This document shows, piece by piece, positions 52,249 to 61,515 of a stretch of 64,000 nt of DNA. A program made the translations under genes and the position numbers. Below the pieces are notes generated by a model. The model was not told the DNA's origin. It saw only the letters and a list, made by a program, of their open reading frames with translations, and ran no database searches. Numbering within the stretch: the stretch's first letter is position 1; each line of letters begins with the position of its first letter. Origin of the DNA: SAR86 cluster bacterium (GTDB lineage Bacteria; Pseudomonadota; Gammaproteobacteria; Magnimaribacterales; D2472); contig CP097973.1 of the NCBI GenBank assembly GCA_023703655.1, positions 4,701-68,700 of the forward strand, written 5' to 3'.

Positions 52249-53574
52249 ATGACCAGCAAAAAATTATATATAAAAACTCATGGTTGTCAGATGAATGAAT
52301 ATGACTCTGCAAAAATTGCTGATTTGCTTACAGATGAGGACAATTTCGAGCTCACAACAAATGAGCATGAGGCAGATTTGATGGTTTTAAATACATGCTC
52401 TATTCGAGAGAAGGCACAGGAAAAGGTCTTCCATCAAATTGGTAGATGGAAGAAAATAAAAGACAAGAACCCTAATTTAAAAATTGCGATTGGAGGATGT
52501 GTTGCTTCTCAAGAGGGAGAGAAAATAATTAAAAGAGCACCAACAGTTGATATAGTATTTGGACCACAATCATTACACAAGCTTCCCAAACTTTATAATG
52601 AAAGAGTAAACAATGAAACAAGACAGGTTGATATTTCCTTCCCGAAACTTGAGAAATTTTCATATCTCCCACAGAACAGCAAAGATGAGCCATCTGCATT
52701 CGTGTCAATTATGGAGGGTTGCAATAAATACTGTTCATTTTGTGTGGTTCCTCATACTAGAGGGCATGAGGTATCAAGACCAGTCCAAGAAATCCTGGAG
52801 GAAGTATCAATGCTTGCAGATAATGGTGCTAGAGAAATCCATTTCTTAGGGCAAAACGTAAACAATTTTAATGGCATGCTTGATGGTGAAAAGTCTACAC
52901 TTGCAAAATTAATTGAACTAACTGCAAAAATAGAAAATGTGGACAGAATTAGGTTCACAACCAGTCATCCATTTGAGTTCAAAGACGATTTAATTGAAAC
53001 ATATGATCGAGTGCCTGAGTTAGTCAGCCATGTTCATTTGCCGGTTCAAAGCGGATCTGACAGAATTTTAAAACTCATGCGAAGAAGATATGACATTAAA
53101 CAATATTACGAACTTGTTGATAAAATTGTTGAGGTCAGGCCTGAAATGAAGTTTTCCTCAGATTTTATAGTTGGCTTTCCTGGTGAAACCGATGAAGATT
53201 TTATTGAAACGATGAGTGTCGTAGAAAAAATACGTTTTGATGAATCTTTTAGTTTTATTTACAGTCCAAGACCAAATACTCCTGCAGCTGAGATGGAAGA
53301 TAACGTATCAGACTCCATTAAAAAAGAAAGACTGCAAGAGCTTCAGTCAAAACTTTACTATTTTTCAAATGGTTACAGCAGGAAAATGGTCGGAACTTCC
53401 CAAAGAATTCTTGTTATGGGTGTTTCAAAAAAAGATCCCGGACAACTTTATGGAAGGACTGTTTGTAATAAGGTTGTAAATTTTACATCGCAGAGTGTTG
53501 ATTTAATTGGACAATTTATTAATATTCAAATAGTAGAGGCTTTACCTAACTCTCTTAAAGGCAATTTAAAATAG
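52249..53574 (+). CDS. miaB: tRNA-2-methylthio-N6-dimethylallyladenosine synthase
   Basis: N-terminal UPF0004 Cys (GCQMNEYDS, NTCSIRE, GGCVA); radical-SAM CNKYCSFCVVP; C-terminal TRAM domain. Confidence 0.93.
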   Translation: MTSKKLYIKTHGCQMNEYDSAKIADLLTDEDNFELTTNEHEADLMVLNTCSIREKAQEKVFHQIGRWKKIKDKNPNLKIAIGGCVASQEGEKIIKRAPTVDIVFGPQSLHKLPKLYNERVNNETRQVDISFPKLEKFSYLPQNSKDEPSAFVSIMEGCNKYCSFCVVPHTRGHEVSRPVQEILEEVSMLADNGAREIHFLGQNVNNFNGMLDGEKSTLAKLIELTAKIENVDRIRFTTSHPFEFKDDLIETYDRVPELVSHVHLPVQSGSDRILKLMRRRYDIKQYYELVDKIVEVRPEMKFSSDFIVGFPGETDEDFIETMSVVEKIRFDESFSFIYSPRPNTPAAEMEDNVSDSIKKERLQELQSKLYYFSNGYSRKMVGTSQRILVMGVSKKDPGQLYGRTVCNKVVNFTSQSVDLIGQFINIQIVEALPNSLKGNLK

Positions 53575-53621
53575 ATATATTTTTTTATACATTATCCATA
53601 ATCACTATCTCATGAGTTTGA

Positions 53622-54572
53622 ATGCTTAAAGAAACATCTAGCTCAAGAAAAATCAAACTCGTTCCAGAGGACACAAAATTTTTGGCATCATTTGTAGGCG
53701 AATTAAATGGAAATATAAAGCTGCTTGAAGAAAACTTATCAGTAAAAATATTTCAAAATGGTAACAAAATTAGCATTAAGGGTGAAAAAAATAAGCTAGA
53801 TCACGCAGAACACATTATTAAGACTTTGTATGCTTCATGTTGCAATGGTAGCGATATCTCAAAAGAAACCATATATCTTGCGACCAACAATAACATTTTT
53901 AGTGATTCTAAAGAAATGCAAATCATTAAAACTCCAAGAAAACAAATAAAGCCAAGGACAAAGAATCAAGATACATTTGTTAAGATGATTGATTCACATG
54001 AACTAAACTTTGGAATTGGTCCTGCTGGTACTGGGAAGACATATTTAGCTGTTGCGAAAGGAGTTGAATTTTTACAAACTGGAAAAGTCGAGAAAATTGT
54101 TTTGATAAGACCTGCAGTTGAGGCAGGAGAAAAACTTGGTTTTTTGCCTGGAGACTTATCACAAAAAGTTGATCCATATTTAAAGCCACTTTATGACGCC
54201 CTTTTTGAAATGGTTGGCATTGAAAAGGTAAATAGATTATTGGAAAGGGATATCATTGAAGTTGCACCTCTTGCATATTTACGAGGCAGAACTCTCAACA
54301 ATTCTTTTATCATTATGGATGAGGGGCAAAACACTACAATTGATCAAATGAAGATGTTTTTAACAAGAATGGGGTTTGGGTCTTATGGTGTAGTGAATGG
54401 AGATGCAACTCAAATTGATTTACCAAAGAATGTTCCCTCTGGTTTAATTCATGCTCTAAAAATTTTGAAATCAGTAGATGGCATAGGATTTACAGAATTT
54501 AGATCAATAGATGTTATCAGGCACCCATTAGTAAAAAAAATAGTGGATGCCTATTCCATAGAAAAAAAATAA
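53622..54572 (+). CDS. ybeZ: PhoH-like ATPase YbeZ
   Basis: Walker A GPAGTGKTYLA and Walker B IIMDEGQN; miaB-ybeZ-ybeY-corC-lnt order. Confidence 0.9.
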   Translation: MLKETSSSRKIKLVPEDTKFLASFVGELNGNIKLLEENLSVKIFQNGNKISIKGEKNKLDHAEHIIKTLYASCCNGSDISKETIYLATNNNIFSDSKEMQIIKTPRKQIKPRTKNQDTFVKMIDSHELNFGIGPAGTGKTYLAVAKGVEFLQTGKVEKIVLIRPAVEAGEKLGFLPGDLSQKVDPYLKPLYDALFEMVGIEKVNRLLERDIIEVAPLAYLRGRTLNNSFIIMDEGQNTTIDQMKMFLTRMGFGSYGVVNGDATQIDLPKNVPSGLIHALKILKSVDGIGFTEFRSIDVIRHPLVKKIVDAYSIEKK

Positions 54573-54574
54573 CT

Positions 54575-55018
54575 GTGTCATTAAACATTACCTCGATAAT
54601 TCCATCAGAAATACAGAAGCTTGAAGACGAAATGCGGTCACTAACTGAAATGATACTTAAGGAGTTCTCTAAGTCCGGGAAAATCAATCTCAAGCTTGTT
54701 AGTGATGAGGAGATGATGGAACTGAATCACAAATTTAGAGATAAAAACAAAACTACTAATGTATTGGCCTTCCCAAATGAGGGCCTCTACTCTTTAGATG
54801 ATGAAATTGGAGATATTGCCCTAAACGTTGAATGTTTGGAAAAAGAATCAAAAGAGCAAGGAAAAGAACTTAGAAATCATTTTCTTCACCTGCTCGCTCA
54901 TGGCATTTTGCATCTTCTTGGAGAAACACATCATAAAATTGATGATGAAAGAAAGATGGAGGCGCTTGAGATTGACTTCTTAAAAAGGTTAAATATAACT
55001 AATCCATACAAAATATGA
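54575..55018 (+). CDS. ybeY: rRNA maturation endoribonuclease YbeY
   Basis: GTG start; zinc motif HGILHLLGETH. Confidence 0.9.
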   Translation: MSLNITSIIPSEIQKLEDEMRSLTEMILKEFSKSGKINLKLVSDEEMMELNHKFRDKNKTTNVLAFPNEGLYSLDDEIGDIALNVECLEKESKEQGKELRNHFLHLLAHGILHLLGETHHKIDDERKMEALEIDFLKRLNITNPYKI

Positions 55019-55842
55019 CATCTGAAGAAGATAAACCACCGTCGAATATCCTTGAAAGGATAAAAAAATTCATTTCTTTCAAACCACAATCACTTAATGA
55101 GGTCTCTGAAGTTCTAGAGCACGCGCTCACAAGCAATATTATTGACAAGGAAGCGCAGCTTATAGCTGAAAAAGCAATAAGGCTTGGTAATATCACTCTT
55201 AAAGAAATTATGGTACCGAAGATTGAAATGGTGACAATCAATATTAACGATAAAGAATCGGAATTATTAAATAGAATCATTGATACTGGCCACTCACGTT
55301 ATCCTGTTTTAGGAAATGAGTCTAATGAAGTTCTTGGACTTTTGCTTGCAAAAGACATACTACCAATCATGAAAACAAAACAAAAAATAAACCTTTCAAG
55401 CATATTACGAGATGTCAGGGTTGTACCGGAAAATAAGAAGGCAGACACAATGCTGGAAGAATTTAAGAAAGATCGATCACATATGGCTGTTGTCATAGAC
55501 GAATATGGAACAATTTCTGGACTTATTACCATCGAAGATGTATTGGAAGAATTAGTTGGTGAAATTGAAGATGAGCATGATCCTACTGATGCAGACGAAA
55601 TTATTCAAGTTAGTAAGAATGAATTTATTGCTGATGCCAGGCTTGAATTAAGCGTATTTGAGAAAAAGTTTGACAAGAATTTTGATGATATAAACGCAGA
55701 GACACTTGGCGGTTTATTTATATATAAACTTGGTCAAATTCCAAAAGTTGGTGATCGAATTGAAATAGAAAACATGCTTCTTGCTGTAACTGCAGCAGAT
55801 AAAAGAAAAGTCAAAAAAATTGGCATCACAGTTAAAACTTAA
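55015..55842 (+). CDS. corC: CBS-pair / CorC_HlyC domain magnesium-cobalt efflux-associated protein
   Basis: Tandem CBS domains (IMVPKIEMV..., HSRYPVL, HMAVVIDEYGTISGLITIEDVLEELVGEIEDE) and a C-terminal transporter-associated domain. Confidence 0.85.
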   Translation: MTSEEDKPPSNILERIKKFISFKPQSLNEVSEVLEHALTSNIIDKEAQLIAEKAIRLGNITLKEIMVPKIEMVTININDKESELLNRIIDTGHSRYPVLGNESNEVLGLLLAKDILPIMKTKQKINLSSILRDVRVVPENKKADTMLEEFKKDRSHMAVVIDEYGTISGLITIEDVLEELVGEIEDEHDPTDADEIIQVSKNEFIADARLELSVFEKKFDKNFDDINAETLGGLFIYKLGQIPKVGDRIEIENMLLAVTAADKRKVKKIGITVKT

Positions 55843-57283
55843 ATGTAATTGCCTAATATCATTTTTGATAGGCGCATCAAGTTTTCTTGCCTTCTCACCA
55901 TATGATCTAAAATTTATTCTAGTCTTAAATTTTTGCTACTTAGTGTGGATAATCCAGAACGAGATAAATAATAAATTTCTTAATATCTTTGCGTGGGGTT
56001 TTGGTTATTGGCTGTTAGGAATATTCTGGCTAATAGTGAGTATTCACTATCATGGAAATGTCAATTTTTATCTTTCTTTAATATTCTTAGTGATCTTGAC
56101 TATCACGCTAAGCCTTACCTTCTTTTCTCCTTTATTTATTTATCAATATCTAAAAGTCAAACGAACAAAAATGATAATAATTTCAATTTCAACTTTATTG
56201 ATTTTGACAGAGATCTCTAGATACTTTTTACTTGGTGGGTTTCCCTGGTTCCAATCAGGTCTTATATTTTTAGATACAATCTTGTCACCCCTTATTTCTA
56301 TTATCGGTGTTACCGGATGTAGCGTTATTTTCTTTTATATTGTTACCGCTGCTATGAGTATAAATTATAATTTAAGAGCACCTTTAATCTTTATTTTCTG
56401 CCTCTTACTAACATTGCCTGAAGTCAACAAAGTCAAAGATTTACAATCCGAAACAATATCAGTTGGTATTGTCCAACCATCACTTGATACAAATCTAAAG
56501 TTTGACTCTGAGTATCTAGAAACAATCGAAACTACATTAATGACGCTAACTAAAAAAATAAAGACAGCAGATCTTATTGTATGGCCAGAGGCACCATTAC
56601 CATATTTAAGTCCAAGCATAAGATCTAAAAAGTTAGAGGAAATGCTTAAGACTGAAAATATAAGAGTTCTAAGCGGCATATATGAATATGATGGTGTAAA
56701 TCTTTTTAACTCAATGTCATTTTTACCTGAATACAATCAAACTCATAGAAAGGCTAAACTAGTACCTTTTGGTGAATATGTGCCTTTCGAGCCATATTTA
56801 AGAGGCTTAATTGATTTTTTTGATTTACCTATGTCCAATATGAAACCGTCCATGAGTAATATTGAAAGATTGAATTTTATGGAAACAAGCTTTTTGCCAT
56901 TAATATGCTTTGATGCAATATTTGTGAATTACTATATCGAGGAATCAAAAAACTCAACTTTTGTTATTAATATAAGCAACGACAGCTGGTTTGGAAATAG
57001 CTATGGACCTGAACAGCATCTTCAGATTGTAAGAGCAAAAGCAAAAGAGATTAATAAGTGGATTATAAGAGCAACAACTAATGGAATCTCAGCTTTTGTT
57101 GATAATAATGGAACAATTGTTGATAAAATTGAAACTGGTAAATCTGAATCAAAAATTTACGAAGTTAAGCTATCAAATCAGACAAGCATATATGCTAAAT
57201 ATTCATATAACATAATATTTTACTTGATATGTATGAAAGTTATCTTCATACTTTCATTAATTATTCAAAGGTTAATTTTTTGA
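55820..57283 (+). CDS. lnt: Apolipoprotein N-acyltransferase
   Basis: Multi-TM N-terminal half; CN-hydrolase domain with LIVWPEA (Glu), K in HRKAKLVPFGEY and LICFDAIF (Cys). The TTG start is tentative. Confidence 0.85.
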   Translation: MASQLKLKCNCLISFLIGASSFLAFSPYDLKFILVLNFCYLVWIIQNEINNKFLNIFAWGFGYWLLGIFWLIVSIHYHGNVNFYLSLIFLVILTITLSLTFFSPLFIYQYLKVKRTKMIIISISTLLILTEISRYFLLGGFPWFQSGLIFLDTILSPLISIIGVTGCSVIFFYIVTAAMSINYNLRAPLIFIFCLLLTLPEVNKVKDLQSETISVGIVQPSLDTNLKFDSEYLETIETTLMTLTKKIKTADLIVWPEAPLPYLSPSIRSKKLEEMLKTENIRVLSGIYEYDGVNLFNSMSFLPEYNQTHRKAKLVPFGEYVPFEPYLRGLIDFFDLPMSNMKPSMSNIERLNFMETSFLPLICFDAIFVNYYIEESKNSTFVINISNDSWFGNSYGPEQHLQIVRAKAKEINKWIIRATTNGISAFVDNNGTIVDKIETGKSESKIYEVKLSNQTSIYAKYSYNIIFYLICMKVIFILSLIIQRLIF

Positions 57284-57813
57284 AGACTTTCTTAATTGTT
57301 TTAGTTTTTTTTATAAATCAGTACTTGCTGTCTGAAAAATACATTGATGTTGATATATCACAACAAAGGATGTATTTATTCAACAATAATAAGCTAATTA
57401 AGTCATATCCAGTATCTACTTCAAGTTTTGGGGAGGGGCAGATTGAGAATAGTTTCAAAACGCCGCTCGGTAAGCATGTGATAAGTGAATTATTTGGAAC
57501 AAATGTCGATAAAAATGAAATTTTTGTCAATAGAGTTCTAATAAATAGCAAAGCTAAAATCATAGATCATAGTATTGATACAGATAATGACTTTATAACA
57601 TCAAGAATAATGTGGCTAAAAGGGCTTGAAGACGGTAAAAACCTTGGTGGTAATGTCGATTCCTACAATAGATATATCTATATACATGGAACCCAGGAAG
57701 AGGGACTGATTGGAAAAAAGGCATCACATGGGTGCATAAGAATGTTTAACCATGATGTTATTGAGCTTTATGGACTTATAAAAGCAGGCACTCCAGTAAA
57801 TATTAAGCTTTAG
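57280..57813 (+). CDS. L,D-transpeptidase (YkuD domain)
   Basis: Active site IHGT...SHGCIRM. I prefer the in-frame TTG at 57280 (TTGA overlap with the lnt stop), which gives the signal-like MKTFLIVLVFFINQYLLS. The track start 57229 would overlap lnt by 55 nt. Confidence 0.75.
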   Translation: MKTFLIVLVFFINQYLLSEKYIDVDISQQRMYLFNNNKLIKSYPVSTSSFGEGQIENSFKTPLGKHVISELFGTNVDKNEIFVNRVLINSKAKIIDHSIDTDNDFITSRIMWLKGLEDGKNLGGNVDSYNRYIYIHGTQEEGLIGKKASHGCIRMFNHDVIELYGLIKAGTPVNIKL

Positions 57814-59954
57814 TAGCCTACTATATCAGGAAACTTCATTTTACCTTTTCTTTCATTGATATCTGGTGCTTCACCAAATTTTAATTCGTCTTTTGCCAAT
57901 TTCTCTAATAAATCTGCTGGTTTCCAAAAGTCGCTATCAATTTTTTGAAAACCTTTAAGCTTCTCTAAGACTTTATCCAATCCTAATGAGTTTGCATAAA
58001 ACATCGGACCACCTCTCCATACAGGGAATCCATATCCATTTATGTAAACAATATCCATATCACTTGCTCTTTGTGCTACTCCTTCTTCTAAAATTTTTGC
58101 TCCCTCATTTACTAGTGCAAGGATACATCTATCTACAATTTCTTCATCACTAATTTCCCTCCTAGTGAATCCATTCTCCTCAGATATCTTAAAATATATC
58201 TCCTCATTTTCTGGCGCAGGATTTGGAGCTCTAGATCCTTCTGAATAATTATAAAATCCTTTACTATTCTTTTGACCAAAGCGTTCATTTTCGCATAGCG
58301 TATCAGCAATCTTATTTGTAAGTGGTGAATCTACTCCTGCAAGTTTCCTAGCACGCCATCCTAAATCTAAGCCTATTAAATCCATCATTCGAAAAGGACC
58401 CATATTTAAACCAAATGCTTCAATTGCATTGTCAATTTGGCTGGGCAATGCTCCCTCAAGTAGCAACATGTTTGCTTGTTTTGAATATCCAAGAAGCATT
58501 CGATTTCCAATAAATCCTGGTGCATTTAGTGACACTACTGCTGTTTTTTTAATAGCTTTACTAATTTTCATAACAGTAGCCAGAGTTTCGTTTGATGTAT
58601 TTTCTCCTCTCACCACTTCAAGAAGCTTCATTATATTAGCTGGACTAAAAAAGTGAGTACCCACTATCTTTTCAGGCCTATTGGTTACTGATGCAATAGA
58701 ATCTATATCTAGCCCTGAAGTATTGGTAGCTAATATTGCTTCAGGCTTTACGTGTTTATCAAGTTCCATAAAAATCTTGTGTTTAAGTTCAAGATTTTCA
58801 TATACAGCTTCTATAACTATGTCGCAATCTTTGAGGCTATCATAGTCAAGTGAGGGAGTAATTAAAGCAACTGTTTTGTTTTTAACTTCTTCTTTCATTC
58901 TTCCTCTATCAACCATGAATTGATAATTTTTATTTATAACTTTCATACCCCTATCAATATTTTCTTGATCTTGATCTAAAATGGTCACAGGTATACCAGC
59001 ATTTGCAAAATTCATTGCTATACCTCCTCCCATTGTTCCAGCCCCAACTATTCCAACGGCCTTAATTTCAGATGTTGGAGTCTCTCTTGGTACATCTTTT
59101 ATCTTTGCAGCTGTTCTTTGACCAAAAAATACGTTAATCATTGCTTCTCTTTGTGGATGCATTAGACATTCAAGAAAGTATTCTGACTCCTTTTTCATAC
59201 CTTCATCAAAGTCATCAAGATTAATTGCACTTTCAACACATTTTATTATTTGACCCGGTGCAAATTGTCCACGTCTAGCTTTCGCTACATAACTTTTGGC
59301 TTTATCGATTATCTCTGAGTTACCTCGTGCTTCAACAAGCATCTCATTAGCATCTCTGATTTTTGGATGCGAACTATTTTGCTTGATCTTTTTCTCAAGA
59401 AAATTAATTGCATCTTCAATCAGATCATTATTGGAAATTTCATCAAGAATACCCATTTCTAGAGCTTTTTGTGCCTGCACACCCTCTGCCGTAAGCATTA
59501 TCGTGAGTGCTTTATCAGGTCCTATTATTCTTGGAAGTCGTTGTGTTCCTCCAGCTCCTGGTAACAAACCTAGATTTACTTCTGGCAAGCCAACAAATGA
59601 ATTTTGAGTTGCAATTCTATAATTACAGCACAAAGCTGTTTCAAGACCACCACCCAATGCAGGCCCATTTATAGCTGCTACAACAGGTTTTTCGCTTAAT
59701 TCTATACCTGCCAAAGTAGTGTGCAGATCAGGGCCTTCTACTTGTTGACCAAACTCTGATATGTCTGCGCCTGCAATAAAAGCATTTCCAGCTCCTTTTA
59801 GAATAATTCCGGTTATTGAGTCATCAGAATTTGCCTTCTCAAAGCATTCTTTCAATCCTACTCTGACCCCGCTACTTAAGGGATTTACAGGTGGATTATC
59901 TACCTCAAGAATTGCAACATTTCCGACTACTGAATAATTAACTGTACCTTTCAT
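57810..59954 (-). CDS. fadB: Fatty-acid oxidation multifunctional alpha subunit (enoyl-CoA hydratase + 3-hydroxyacyl-CoA dehydrogenase, FadB/FadJ type)
   Basis: N-terminal crotonase fold (AAINGPALGGGLE), central NAD-binding VGAGTMGGGIA and a C-terminal 3HCDH domain; 714 aa. No fadA thiolase gene is adjacent. Confidence 0.9.
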   Translation of the reverse strand: MKGTVNYSVVGNVAILEVDNPPVNPLSSGVRVGLKECFEKANSDDSITGIILKGAGNAFIAGADISEFGQQVEGPDLHTTLAGIELSEKPVVAAINGPALGGGLETALCCNYRIATQNSFVGLPEVNLGLLPGAGGTQRLPRIIGPDKALTIMLTAEGVQAQKALEMGILDEISNNDLIEDAINFLEKKIKQNSSHPKIRDANEMLVEARGNSEIIDKAKSYVAKARRGQFAPGQIIKCVESAINLDDFDEGMKKESEYFLECLMHPQREAMINVFFGQRTAAKIKDVPRETPTSEIKAVGIVGAGTMGGGIAMNFANAGIPVTILDQDQENIDRGMKVINKNYQFMVDRGRMKEEVKNKTVALITPSLDYDSLKDCDIVIEAVYENLELKHKIFMELDKHVKPEAILATNTSGLDIDSIASVTNRPEKIVGTHFFSPANIMKLLEVVRGENTSNETLATVMKISKAIKKTAVVSLNAPGFIGNRMLLGYSKQANMLLLEGALPSQIDNAIEAFGLNMGPFRMMDLIGLDLGWRARKLAGVDSPLTNKIADTLCENERFGQKNSKGFYNYSEGSRAPNPAPENEEIYFKISEENGFTRREISDEEIVDRCILALVNEGAKILEEGVAQRASDMDIVYINGYGFPVWRGGPMFYANSLGLDKVLEKLKGFQKIDSDFWKPADLLEKLAKDELKFGEAPDINERKGKMKFPDIVGY

Positions 59955-60080
59955 ATCTCTACCTTTTAATTAAGAAAACTTATTATAAATGTTTATTTTT
60001 AACAATAACACACTGAAACCTTATACCTTCATAAACAAAACGTATATAAAATAATAAATAAAAAAAATATATAAAAATGG

Positions 60081-60108
60081 TTGATAATATATTATAAGTT
60101 TGTATAAT
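60081..60108 (+). promoter_or_regulatory. Sigma-70-like promoter candidate
   Basis: TTGATA (60081-60086), a 16-nt spacer ending in TG, then TATAAT (60103-60108). The predicted start near 60114-60116 coincides with the base of the first hairpin. Confidence 0.4.
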
Positions 60109-60113
60109 AATAC

Positions 60114-60189
60114 ATGTCAGCACTCCTCTCCCCCTATGTAAAGCTGACATTCTCTGGAAAATGGAGGGCAGCTAGCCCTCCTAATTTTT
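60114..60189 (+). ncRNA. Candidate ~75-nt structured RNA (sRNA or attenuating leader) with a C/U-rich loop
   Basis: Hairpin 1 is the 8-bp stem ATGTCAGC (60114-60121) / GCTGACAT (60143-60150) with the 21-nt loop ACTCCTCTCCCCCTATGTAAA. Hairpin 2 is GGAGGGC-AGCTA-GCCCTCC (60163-60181), followed by TAATTTTT. Confidence 0.35.
60163..60189 (+). terminator. Intrinsic-terminator-like hairpin
   Basis: 7-bp stem with 6 G:C pairs (GGAGGGC/GCCCTCC), a 5-nt loop and a T-tract TAATTTTT. No + strand gene lies upstream for it to terminate. Confidence 0.5.
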
Positions 60190-60204
60190 AGGATAAAAGT
60201 AAAT

Positions 60205-60306
60205 ATGAGTAATAAAACAAAAAATAAAATATTGGAAAACATTGAGCTACTTGCGTTGGTATCAATATTTGTCACAAGTATTTACGGTGTAGCACCCTTA
60301 GTATAG
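60205..60306 (+). CDS. Candidate 33-aa small membrane protein / upstream ORF of gpx (not in the ORF track)
   Basis: Hand translation gives MSNKTKNKILENIELLALVSIFVTSIYGVAPLV. AGGA lies 11 nt upstream of the ATG. A Lys-rich N-terminus is followed by one hydrophobic helix. The stop lies 10 nt before the gpx ATG, which has no Shine-Dalgarno (ACCACC). Confidence 0.3.
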   Translation: MSNKTKNKILENIELLALVSIFVTSIYGVAPLV

Positions 60307-60316
60307 TATTACCACC

Positions 60317-60850
60317 ATGTTGAAGGCCAATGCTTTATTAGCACTTTTTATATTTACCTCTTTTTTGGAAGCATGTCCAAACATACTAAATCATAAAATC
60401 AACCTTCTTGACTCTAAAGAATCATTGAATCTTTGTGAATTTGAGGATTCAACTTTGTTAGTTGTAAATGTTGCAAGTAGATGTGGTTTTACAAATCAAT
60501 ATGCTGGACTTCAAAAATTGTATGAGAAGTATAAAGACAAAAACTTTACCATCATTGGTATACCCTCAAGGGACTTTTATCAAGAGTTTAAAGACGAATC
60601 AAAAGTTGCCGAATTTTGCTCAACTACATATGGTGTTAATTTTCCAATGTTAAAGACCAGTTCTGTTCGTGGCGAAAATGCGCATCCTTTTTATAAATCT
60701 CTTTCAGTGGTTTCCGGCATGAGTCCAACTTGGAATTTTAATAAATATTTAGTTTCTAAAAATGGAATAGACGTAAAATTTTACTCATCAGGAGTCAGGC
60801 CTGATTCTCCGGAACTTTTAAATGCCATCGAAGAGGATATTAACTCCTAA
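60317..60850 (+). CDS. Glutathione peroxidase (Cys-type) with N-terminal signal peptide
   Basis: VNVASRCGFTNQY (catalytic Cys encoded by TGT), IPSRDF...Q and WNFNKYLV; N-terminal MLKANALLALFIFTSFLEA. Confidence 0.9.
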   Translation: MLKANALLALFIFTSFLEACPNILNHKINLLDSKESLNLCEFEDSTLLVVNVASRCGFTNQYAGLQKLYEKYKDKNFTIIGIPSRDFYQEFKDESKVAEFCSTTYGVNFPMLKTSSVRGENAHPFYKSLSVVSGMSPTWNFNKYLVSKNGIDVKFYSSGVRPDSPELLNAIEEDINS

Positions 60851-61482
60851 TTTGTAATAACCTTATAAGGTTTTACCTTAGCAAATATTCCATTCTCTAC
60901 AACACCAGGAATCATATTTAATGAGGTTTCAAGTTTAAGTGGATGATCAACTCTTATTCCTGTTACATCAATAATTAAGTTCCCACTGTCAGTTTGAAAA
61001 GATTCTCTAACTGTTGCTTTACCACCCAATTTTTCAATTTCATCTATAAATAATTTTTTACCGTGTATTAATACTTCGATGGGAATGCCGAAATCACCGA
61101 GGGCAGGGACCATTTTATTTTTTGTAACAATACATATGAATTTATCTGACTTTGCAGCAACTATTTTCTCTCTTGTTAGCGCACCCCCACCACCTTTAAT
61201 CAAACAGTTATTCTTATCAACCTCATCTGCTCCATCAATATAAAAATCTATTTTATTAATGTCATTAATGTCAGATACTTTGATGTTTGCATCTTTTAAA
61301 ATTGATGAAGTTTCTTTTGAGCTTGATACTGCTGTTTTAAATATTGGCTTAAGTTGTTTCAAAACCTCAATAAAGCAGTTTGTTGTTGATCCAGTTCCAA
61401 TACCTAAAACAGTATTTTCATTTATTTCAGCTTTAATAAAATCATATGCTAATTTAGCAACTTGCATCTTTGCGTCTTCCAT
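60847..61482 (-). CDS. rpiA: Ribose-5-phosphate isomerase A
   Basis: GIGTGST, DGADEVD and KGGGGALTREK. The Met at 61482 (MEDAKMQVAKLAYDF) matches the E. coli RpiA N-terminal length better than the track start at 61524. Confidence 0.9.
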   Translation of the reverse strand: MEDAKMQVAKLAYDFIKAEINENTVLGIGTGSTTNCFIEVLKQLKPIFKTAVSSSKETSSILKDANIKVSDINDINKIDFYIDGADEVDKNNCLIKGGGGALTREKIVAAKSDKFICIVTKNKMVPALGDFGIPIEVLIHGKKLFIDEIEKLGGKATVRESFQTDSGNLIIDVTGIRVDHPLKLETSLNMIPGVVENGIFAKVKPYKVITN

Positions 61483-61515
61483 ACTTGTATAATAAACAAA
61501 TTTAAAACTTTTGAT

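Noticed and set aside
60136-60175. Mini-ORFs inside the structured RNA: ATG-TAA (60136-60141) and ATG GAG GGC AGC TAG (60161-60175).
   Set aside because: They are too short and lack a convincing ribosome-binding site. They sit inside predicted stems or loops and are more simply explained as by-products of the RNA sequence. They are noted only in case leader-peptide attenuation is later considered.
60482-60484. Possible selenocysteine (TGA) at the glutathione peroxidase active site.
   Set aside because: The catalytic codon is TGT (Cys) in VASRCGF. The ORF is uninterrupted and I noticed no SECIS-like hairpin.
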